From assembly GCA_046498225.1 (NCBI GenBank), contig JAWOBF010000111.1, forward strand, positions 1-22,820: a stretch of 22,820 bases of DNA, written 5' to 3'. This document shows positions 15,998 to 22,820 of this stretch, piece after piece. Within the stretch, counting starts at the first letter, position 1; every line of letters starts with the position of its first letter. The position numbers were made by a program, and so were the translations under genes. The notes below the pieces were generated by a model. The model did no database searches. It saw only the letters and a program-made list of their open reading frames with translations, and was not told where the DNA came from. This DNA is from Candidatus Aegiribacteria sp. (GTDB taxonomy: Bacteria; Fermentibacterota; Fermentibacteria; Fermentibacterales; JCC-6).

Positions 15998-16867
15998 TCA
16001 AGACCTGACCCCGGCGTACTTCTTTACCAGGCGGATGAGCTGCGGCAGCTGTTCCGGGTCGCCGATGAGCACACCGGTGGGGCCGGGAACGTCATCCAGG
16101 GACCAGGTCAGCCTTCCGCCGGCCAGTGATTCGAGGGCATCGTTGTCGGATTCGCACCTGCCCACAAGGCACACGGTGTCCCCGGAGAGCCTGAAGAACC
16201 TGCCGTGGCTCAGCAGCCGCACGTTCCCCGGGGTGAAGAGGCCGGGTATATCCATCAGCACCTTCAGCCGGCTGCAGAAGTTCGGCTCGGTGAGAAGGCA
16301 TCCCCCGCCGGGATTGCGGTAGGCAAGCCCCCGCTCCTCCGCATATCTCATCTGCCGCTTTCTGCCCCTTCCCGATATGTCCAGCAGTCCGCTCCGGTCC
16401 ACCAGGCCCTTTTTCTCCGGAAGGGTCTCCGGGAGCAGTCTGGCGGAAAGCGGCCTCAGGAGGATGTCGGAACAGCCTGACAAATTCGCCACCCTGTTCA
16501 GGGAGTTCCTGTTCTGCGACATGGGTCTCTGTCCCAGAACCTCACCGGAGAAGACGAGGTCGAACCCCTCCTTCCGGGCGGTCCGTCCCAGCACCCGGAA
16601 CATTCCGGCGTGACAGTCTATGCATGGGTTGAGGTTCTTTCCGAAACCGCTGGGAGGGCGGCGGAGGAGTTCCATCATCTCATCGGTGTAGTCTATCTCC
16701 CGCCAGGGCATGTCCAGCCCGGCCGCGGCATCCCTGCCCTCGCCGGAGGAGAAGAAGGGGCTGCTGAAGGTGGCGAGTTCCACCTGAATGCCCTGTTCGG
16801 CCAGGAGTACCGCCGCCACCATGCCGTCCAGTCCTCCGGAAAACGCGCCCAGCGCTCTCACGCCCAT
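15998..16867 (-). CDS. PP-loop tRNA sulfurtransferase-like protein (ThiI/MnmA-related, no THUMP domain)
   Basis: True start MGVRALGAFSGGLDG at 16867; NPCIDCH, GEVLGQRPMSQ, LRPLSA, ISGRGRKRQ and GGGCLLT motifs. Confidence 0.8.
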   Translation of the reverse strand: MGVRALGAFSGGLDGMVAAVLLAEQGIQVELATFSSPFFSSGEGRDAAAGLDMPWREIDYTDEMMELLRRPPSGFGKNLNPCIDCHAGMFRVLGRTARKEGFDLVFSGEVLGQRPMSQNRNSLNRVANLSGCSDILLRPLSARLLPETLPEKKGLVDRSGLLDISGRGRKRQMRYAEERGLAYRNPGGGCLLTEPNFCSRLKVLMDIPGLFTPGNVRLLSHGRFFRLSGDTVCLVGRCESDNDALESLAGGRLTWSLDDVPGPTGVLIGDPEQLPQLIRLVKKYAGVRS

Positions 16868-17559
16868 CTTGTATGCTTCCCTTCCTCCACTCTCCAGCCT
16901 CTCCTCTCTGCCAGACGCCTGAGCTTCCTGTCGGGGCATACCGCCACCGGGCATCCGCACATCTCCAGGACGAACCTGTCGGACCAGGAGTCGCCGGCCG
17001 CGGCACACCTGCCGGGGTCGACCCCGGCCTTCCGGCAGATATCGCCGGCCAGCAGGGCCTTGTTCCTTCCCCATGGCCTGGTGCCGCGGAGCTTCCCGGT
17101 GAAACCGGCGTTCGATATCTCCGGGCTGCTGGCGCAGACTCTCATCACTCCCAGCCCCGATGCCACGCCCGTCGCGATGTACTCCAGGGAGGCGGACAGT
17201 AGCACCGGCTCGCACCCCTGCCCACTCAGTTCCTTCACGGACATTCCGGTCCATTCCCGCACGTACCCCTCCAGCAGGTCTTCAGAGCAGCCCGCCGCCT
17301 CCTTCTTTGCCACCGCCGGAGCAACACCCCGGAGATAGGTCCTGTTCCAGCCCTTCCCCTCTTTCAAGGTGGTGACCGGATGAAGGAGGTACCCGGCCAG
17401 GAAGCGGACGAAGCCGTAGCCGCTCAGTATTCCCTTTCGAAGCAGGCGTTTGAGGAAGAGCTTCTCGGAGGAAGTGGAGAGCAGTGTCCCGTCCAGGTCC
17501 ACGAAATACAGCTCCGGGACGGACCCGTCCGGCAGTCTCAGGGGCCGGGACCTACACAA
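16858..17559 (-). CDS. HAD-IB family phosphatase (SerB-like)
   Basis: FVDLDGTL (motif I), LLSAS (II), GRNK (III), GDSWSD (IV); overlaps both neighbours. Confidence 0.88.
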   Translation of the reverse strand: MCRSRPLRLPDGSVPELYFVDLDGTLLSTSSEKLFLKRLLRKGILSGYGFVRFLAGYLLHPVTTLKEGKGWNRTYLRGVAPAVAKKEAAGCSEDLLEGYVREWTGMSVKELSGQGCEPVLLSASLEYIATGVASGLGVMRVCASSPEISNAGFTGKLRGTRPWGRNKALLAGDICRKAGVDPGRCAAAGDSWSDRFVLEMCGCPVAVCPDRKLRRLAERRGWRVEEGKHTRWA

Positions 17560-18448
17560 GCGGCGGAGCTATCCTCACTCCCCGCCCTGTGCCCGGGGAG
17601 TTGTCGAAGACCGCGGTGACGTGGACCAGAATTCCCGGGTAGAGCCTGGGAAAGTCGCCGTGGAAGAGGGAGTGCGCCTTGTTGGTGTAGTTGACGATGT
17701 CCGCGGCGTACTCACCGCAGCTGTCATCTCCGGGCGCCACCAGCTGGCCTATGCCCCTGACCTCGTAGGACTTCGAATCGAGGAACACAAGGGATGCTGT
17801 TGGCCTCTCCATCAGGTTGATGAAGGTGTGGGTCTCGAATTCCGGCGTGCTGTAGAGCTCCAGCGAGATCATCTTGGAGAGATCGAAGTTCTCCGCCGTG
17901 GAATAGAGGTCCCGCAGGAACTGAAGCCTGCGCCCCATTCCAGCTGACATCATCTCTTCCATCTCGGTAAGCACGTCCTTTATCAGGTCGCGGCGGGGAC
18001 ACAGGCCCATACCCTTGAAAGCGTTGTTTATCTCCATCACGCTGTCGGCCCGTTTCCCTCCCCAGGTGGCCATGGCCGCGTTATGCGGGCCGGCCAGCGA
18101 GGGGGGGGAGCCCCCCTCCCCGCTGAACATCAGCGAGAGGTTCTCCAGCGTCTCCAGCCGGGCGCGGAGATTCCAGTCCATGAAATCCCCCGGCAGCTGG
18201 ACCGTCTGGAATTCCTTCCAGCTCCCGTCCAGGCGGGCCCTGATAATTCCCTGTGACTCCAGGGACGCGTCTACCGTTTCCTGCACGAACCTTCCGTCGG
18301 TCCAGAATTCTTCCATTCCCTGTTCCCATTCCCCGGCCATGGCCTTTCCGGCCAGGGATGAGAGAAACACCGCTCCCCCCAGCCTGCCGGCCTTTTCCAG
18401 AAACTGTCTCCTGTTGAGCCTGTCCTTCGGCTCCTTCTCTTCAGCCAT
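17552..18448 (-). CDS. Tat-signal protein with a probable pyridoxamine-5'-phosphate-oxidase-like (FMN split-barrel) domain
   Basis: Start MAEEKE at 18448 (GGAGGT RBS); twin-arginine signal LNRRQFL, h-region and AMA site. AAMAT, INNAFKG, THTFINLMERPTASLVF, SYEVRG and VTAVFDNSP resemble PNPOx-like proteins. Confidence 0.65.
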   Translation of the reverse strand: MAEEKEPKDRLNRRQFLEKAGRLGGAVFLSSLAGKAMAGEWEQGMEEFWTDGRFVQETVDASLESQGIIRARLDGSWKEFQTVQLPGDFMDWNLRARLETLENLSLMFSGEGGSPPSLAGPHNAAMATWGGKRADSVMEINNAFKGMGLCPRRDLIKDVLTEMEEMMSAGMGRRLQFLRDLYSTAENFDLSKMISLELYSTPEFETHTFINLMERPTASLVFLDSKSYEVRGIGQLVAPGDDSCGEYAADIVNYTNKAHSLFHGDFPRLYPGILVHVTAVFDNSPGTGRGVRIAPPLV

Positions 18449-18526
18449 CCGGTCACCTCCCTGCCACATTACAAAAAAACGGCGATTTCCTTATAATAGT
18501 CAAGCTGAAAGCAGACGGGAGGAAGA

Positions 18527-20608
18527 TTGTCCAAACTTATGGATGCCGCAAGGGCCGGGGAGAGAGACCGGCTTACCGATATCTGGCTGGAGGCGCTGGA
18601 GGGGACTCCGTCCTTCGACGAGATGGGAGATGCGTTGAGCGTACTGACGTCAGAAGGGCGTGAGGAGCTGGCCGGGGAACTGCTGGAGCTCACCATCAGC
18701 GAGAAGGAGCTGGAGGGAGGGGCGGACTTCGAGGGGCTTCTGCTGCGCTGCGCTGAACTCTTCCATGAGAACGAACCATTGAGGAAAGCTCTCATCGAGC
18801 TGGTCCGGGACAGGTACCTTATGTTCCAGCCCCTGGAGCATTTCCTGCAGATAAGCGGACTGAGAAAGAGCGGCGCGGACGTTGCCCGGTGCTGGAAGGA
18901 GTTCATGGGCCTGATGAGTTACCGGACCGGAGGCTACCTGTATCACCGGACATTCGGTACCGGGCTCATATCAAGGGTGAGCAGGACGCATGTAACCGCG
19001 GATTTTCCCGCCGCCCGGCAGCATGACATGGAACTGGACGTTGCCCTGGAGACCACCGTTCCCCTTGAAGAGGAATCTCTGGCCGTACTGTCGCTGGAGG
19101 ATCCCGCCGCCCTTCGGGACCTGCTGACGGATTCCCCGGAAGAGTTCCTCCGGAGGCTTCTGGGGGAACCCTTCGTGAGCGGGAAGGGCCTGTCGGAGGA
19201 GGACCTGGCCCCCCTTGCCGGCCCCGACCTGGAAGCGGACCGGCTGTGGAAGATGGTGAAGAACGCGGCTTCGGACGCCGGCGGCTACGCCGACCTGGGA
19301 AACCGGGTGGTGGCGGTGGACGAAAGCGTTGAACTGGTGGAACAGGTAAGGGAGATACTGGCCAGGCGGAAGGTTCCCGTTTCGAAGAAGGTCCTCCAGA
19401 TCAGGTCCCTTCTGAAGTCCTTTTCGGGTCCGGCATCCGGCGACCTGGACGTCCTTCTGCCCGAAGTGGCCATGATCAAGAGCCCCGAAACCGGCTCGCT
19501 GTTCGAACTCAGCCGGATCCTTTCCGGCAGGGGAGGTTCCCGGTTCGTGGAGACCTCCGCCGCCAGGGCTGAGAGGGCCCTGTCGGAGATGCACTCACAG
19601 TCCTGCAGGAAGGCCTATTTGGAATCCTTCTTCGAAGGGGAAGCGGACCGGGAGGAGAAGAAGGCGATGCTCGCCTCCCTTCGCCGGTCCCTGTGGGAGC
19701 ATGCCGTTTCCTTCCTGGAGGACCGGGACCCGGAGCTCCTGTCTGAGTGCATTTCCCTCTTTCTCTCCAGCCCGTCCCGGACGGACCTCTTCCTCTGGAG
19801 CCTGATATACCTGGCCGCGGGCGGAAAGGGCATGGGGGAGAAATCGCCGGAAACCGGCGTGGAGATATTCCTTGACAATCTCATCTTCGCCTCGGCGGAC
19901 ACTCAGAAGAGAGTGGCGGGACTTCTTATGGGTCCCCTCAGGGAGGAACTGAACCGATACCTGGCCTCCATAGACACAAGGAAGCTCACCCGCTACCTGG
20001 AGAGCTTCGATTCCAGCGCCACTGCCCACAACGAGGGGCTGGTCCTGGCCGTGAACAGGGAAATATCCCGCAGAAGGAGCTCGGGGGGGCGAAGAGCTTC
20101 GGGAAAGCGCTTCTGGGAAGGCGAAACCCTCTTCTCCAGCAGGGAAGCCATCAAAAGTAGAAAACGGGAAATCCTGAAGCTGAGGCAGGTGGAGATCCCC
20201 GCGGCGGCGGAGGCCATCGGAGAGGCCGCTTCCCACGGGGACCTGTCGGAGAACGCGGAGTACGCCGCAGCCATGGAGAAGAGGGACCTGCTGCTGGACA
20301 GGCTCAGGAGATGGTCCGAGGAGCTGAAGAGGTTCCGCCCCTACCCGGCGGACGAGATAAGCGCGGAGGTGGTCTCTCCGGGCGTAAGGGTCACGCTGCA
20401 GGATACCGATGGGTCCGAGGATGTTCAGGTACTGGAGGTGGTGGGTCCCCTGGACGCCCGGCCGGAGGAGGGCAGGATCAACTACAGTGCCCCTCTGGGC
20501 AAGGCGCTGCTGGGTCTGTCGCAGGGAGACGTGGTGGAGCTTCCCGGCGCAGGCGGAGGCGAATGGCGGGTAGTTACCCTGGAGGTGCTCCCACTTATCG
20601 GGCGCTGA
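18527..20608 (+). CDS. greA: Long-form transcription elongation factor GreA with a ~530-aa N-terminal extension
   Basis: C-terminal domain EAASHGDLSENAEYAAA, VVGPLDA, INYSAPLGKALLG. YLYHRTFGTG is reminiscent of chlamydial/spirochaetal long GreA. TTG start with a GGAGG RBS. Confidence 0.88.
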   Translation: MSKLMDAARAGERDRLTDIWLEALEGTPSFDEMGDALSVLTSEGREELAGELLELTISEKELEGGADFEGLLLRCAELFHENEPLRKALIELVRDRYLMFQPLEHFLQISGLRKSGADVARCWKEFMGLMSYRTGGYLYHRTFGTGLISRVSRTHVTADFPAARQHDMELDVALETTVPLEEESLAVLSLEDPAALRDLLTDSPEEFLRRLLGEPFVSGKGLSEEDLAPLAGPDLEADRLWKMVKNAASDAGGYADLGNRVVAVDESVELVEQVREILARRKVPVSKKVLQIRSLLKSFSGPASGDLDVLLPEVAMIKSPETGSLFELSRILSGRGGSRFVETSAARAERALSEMHSQSCRKAYLESFFEGEADREEKKAMLASLRRSLWEHAVSFLEDRDPELLSECISLFLSSPSRTDLFLWSLIYLAAGGKGMGEKSPETGVEIFLDNLIFASADTQKRVAGLLMGPLREELNRYLASIDTRKLTRYLESFDSSATAHNEGLVLAVNREISRRRSSGGRRASGKRFWEGETLFSSREAIKSRKREILKLRQVEIPAAAEAIGEAASHGDLSENAEYAAAMEKRDLLLDRLRRWSEELKRFRPYPADEISAEVVSPGVRVTLQDTDGSEDVQVLEVVGPLDARPEEGRINYSAPLGKALLGLSQGDVVELPGAGGGEWRVVTLEVLPLIGR

Positions 20609-21422
20609 CGGTCGGCTCCGGAGGCCGGTAGCCGTACTTTTCCACGATCAGCGCATCTCTGTTCCCTACGAGTTCGGATGTCGCCCGGTCATAGTAGAAG
20701 GAGGTTTCCCTCTTCCTTGAGGAGGGATTGGTCCTTCCGATCCTTCTGATATTTCCGGCCGTCCCCTCCCCGGGCTCGATGCCCGCCATGTCCAGAAGCC
20801 GGAATATTCCTTCCGTGATGTTCTCCATCCGGATCATGCATTGAACGATGTTGAGCCTCTCATCGGCTTCTCGAAGCGCTTCCACGCCGGATACACCGCC
20901 GTCGTAGAGGTGGTCCACCGTGCGATGGAACATTCGGCAGTACCGGTAGGTGTAGAACCCCGCGAAGGAACTCAGCGGCGACCTCCAGTAGTCCTCGCCG
21001 GGCTGGCGGCTCCTGGCCGGATCCAGGAGAAAGGTGAGCCACCGCCTGAACAGCTCGGGCGACGAGGAATCGGCATATGTCTCCCTCCACGGGCGTCGCG
21101 GACGGACCAGCTCGCGCAGAAGATTGGATACTCCCATGGCCGGGGATTCCCTGTAGCCGTGACCCAGGAGTCTGACCGGTCCGGCCAGCCTTCGGCGCAG
21201 GTCCCCCTCCCCGTCGCAGCCGTAGGCCCATACCGAGACGTACCAGTCCCAGGGGTTCCTCACCGATCCCGCTATGACGCGTTTGCTGTTCATGACTTCT
21301 TCCGGCAGCCTTCCGTGCATTTCTCCCTGGCGGCCCGGGCTGACCATTTGAAGAGCTTTCAGAACATGAGAACTCCCGGTCTTCTGAAGGCGCGGATAGG
21401 CTATCCGGTCCGTGATATAGAT
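20595..21422 (-). CDS. Sulfotransferase-like protein; start codon non-canonical or frameshifted
   Basis: RLQKTGSS (5'-PSB-like), VRNPWDWYVS (3'-PB-like), IRMENI, and NPSSR...YYD.....LV...DALIVEKYGY. No in-frame ATG/GTG/TTG between the upstream gene's stop and the first motif. Confidence 0.75.
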   Translation of the reverse strand: MYITDRIAYPRLQKTGSSHVLKALQMVSPGRQGEMHGRLPEEVMNSKRVIAGSVRNPWDWYVSVWAYGCDGEGDLRRRLAGPVRLLGHGYRESPAMGVSNLLRELVRPRRPWRETYADSSSPELFRRWLTFLLDPARSRQPGEDYWRSPLSSFAGFYTYRYCRMFHRTVDHLYDGGVSGVEALREADERLNIVQCMIRMENITEGIFRLLDMAGIEPGEGTAGNIRRIGRTNPSSRKRETSFYYDRATSELVGNRDALIVEKYGYRPPEPTVSAR

Positions 21423-21456
21423 GTTCCACCGCCCTTCCCCCGCATACCCCGCCCCT

Positions 21457-22410
21457 TCATGCGCGACCTCCCCCGAAGGTCTCGCGAAGAAGCTCCTCGA
21501 ACCTTTTTCTGGGTATCTCCACCGAGTAGTTGCGAAGCACCCACTCCCTGGCGCTTCGCCTCCGAGACTCCAGCTCCCTCCAGTTCTCCTGCACCATGTC
21601 CAGCTTTTCCGCAAGTTCTGCGGGGGTGGAAAATGGGTGGGCGAATTCGGGGGCTTCCTTCATTATGTGCGTATAGGGTTTGACCATTGTGTGCATGCCG
21701 CAGGCGAGGTACATGTTTATCTTCATCTGGTACACGACCCTGTCCCGCCGGATAATGGTGGCCACACCTATCTGGTACCTGCCGGAAAGACTGTTGAGCT
21801 GAAGTCTGGGAACGGGATCCAGGCAGCGGACCCTGGACCCCGTGGACCTGCAGAGCTTCTGTATCCTGCGTCTGGCGGGTCCGGTACCGATTATGTCACC
21901 CACCATGTCCTTCGAGAGACATACGCCCTCCACGAAAAGTTCCGGCTCGTGCGCATCGTTGATGCAGGTTAGCAGCAGCGCTTTCTCAGGTCTCGCGGGT
22001 TCAGCGAAGGAAAACCTTGAAAGGTCCTGGTTATGGGGAATGACGGCAACTCCGGGCACATCGGCGCCGGGAGTGGCAGTTGCGAACAGCGCTCCTGAGA
22101 GCAGGGTCTCCAGCGGTCTGCCGATAACCGATGGCTCCACCTTCCTGTGGAATCTCATGGCGTACGGCAGCTTCGCTCCGGCGGCGTAGAACCCCATGGT
22201 CTCGTCGAGGCAGAGGACGAAATCCGCTCCGAACCGGCGGAATACAGTCTTCAGCGCCACAGGCACCACGGCCCTTCGAATAACCGAGGCCAGTCTACCC
22301 GGCAGATGCGCCCCGAGGCCCCCCAGCCCCAGGTATCTCACGCCCTCCATCTCATGCAATCCCGGCCTCGCGTCGGTTATGACGTAAAAGGGCTGGTGGC
22401 GGTCGCCTAT
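21457..22410 (-). CDS. Glycosyltransferase-like protein (GT-B C-terminal pattern), 5'-truncated by the junction
   Basis: The frame is open to 22410 (IGDRHQPFYVITDARPG...). IPHNQDLSRF, IIGTGP, MKINMYLACGM, PAELAEKL and AREWVLRNYSVE match the GT4-like C-terminal pattern. Confidence 0.7.
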   Translation of the reverse strand: MGDRHQPFYVITDARPGLHEMEGVRYLGLGGLGAHLPGRLASVIRRAVVPVALKTVFRRFGADFVLCLDETMGFYAAGAKLPYAMRFHRKVEPSVIGRPLETLLSGALFATATPGADVPGVAVIPHNQDLSRFSFAEPARPEKALLLTCINDAHEPELFVEGVCLSKDMVGDIIGTGPARRRIQKLCRSTGSRVRCLDPVPRLQLNSLSGRYQIGVATIIRRDRVVYQMKINMYLACGMHTMVKPYTHIMKEAPEFAHPFSTPAELAEKLDMVQENWRELESRRRSAREWVLRNYSVEIPRKRFEELLRETFGGGRA

Positions 22411-22820
22411 TTAAAAACCATTGCTTCTTGGTGTGAAACTTTCTACGATGCCTATCAAAAAGCACCTTTTAATCATATTCAGGATATTTTTCGTGATGAA
22501 TATAATGCCAACCGAATCAAAGAAACAGAAGCAGAATTAATTGATACCTTGTTAAAAAGTCTTGCTGAAACTTATTCACAGGATGATATCAATGTTGATT
22601 ATTGGGTTGAAATGGCAACTGATTATTTTCGATCCAGAGAGATGGAAATTCTTATAAACAATATTTCGGTTCTAAAAGAAAAAGGTGATCTTGAAGAAGC
22701 TGAGGACTTAATTAATGATTATTATCGAGTACCTTATCCTATTGATGATGAGGAAACTTTAATCAATCCTGCAAAACTTGAAACTCAGGAAAGAATTTAT
22801 CGTAAAAGGGATGAAGAAGA
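22405..22820 (+). CDS. Fragment of an AT-rich gene, probably the N-terminal domain of a phage-type DnaB/gp41-like helicase
   Basis: Frame open to the window end and absent from the ORF track: AYLKTIASWCETFYDAYQKAPFNHIQDIF...INVDYWVEMATDYFRSREMEIL...GDLEEAEDLI. The W/C..FY..Y.KAP pattern recalls phage helicase N-termini; no NTPase motifs fall within the window. Confidence 0.5.

Noticed and set aside
15998..16867. Assigning thiI and a thiamine-biosynthesis role because thiM-thiE is nearby
   Set aside because: Different operon and strand, no THUMP or rhodanese domain, and no thiS/thiG in the window.
16868..17254. 129-aa N-terminal extension on the tRNA thiolase ORF in the track
   Set aside because: It overlaps the HAD gene in another frame; family similarity begins at the ATG at 16867.
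561..22407. Imperfect inverted repeat near both junctions (GGTGACCGC at 561-569 vs reverse complement of 22399-22407, GGCGACCGC), suggesting transposon ends
   Set aside because: Only 8/9 bp, inside coding sequence; no target-site duplication, transposase or integrase, and the cargo is housekeeping genes.

Overview
The window has three parts. A GC-rich core (~556-22407, by eye >60% GC) comes from a diderm bacterium; its gene content suggests an uncultured FCB-type lineage, which is an inference only. It is joined abruptly at both ends to unrelated AT-rich fragments (~30% GC by eye): a priA fragment on the left and a probable phage-type DnaB helicase N-terminal fragment on the right. Genes are broken on both sides of each junction, which points to a chimeric contig. 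The core carries: polysaccharide export genes (Wzz/GumC-like, Wza/SLBB), argF, a beta-barrel OMP, a four-gene operon of exported proteins, an 814-aa Gly/Asp-repeat + HEAT protein, a TPP riboswitch with thiM-thiE, a heterodimeric ABC exporter + PflX-type radical SAM operon with a candidate 9-aa leader peptide, a PP-loop tRNA thiolase-like gene, a HAD phosphatase, a Tat-exported split-barrel flavoprotein-like gene, a long-form GreA, a sulfotransferase without a canonical start, and a truncated glycosyltransferase. The best candidate for an undescribed system is the operon at 4560-7058. It pairs a catalytically dead class A beta-lactamase-fold protein and a miniature paralog lacking the all-alpha domain with two lipoproteins. 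No CRISPR array, tRNA/rRNA or transposase was seen.
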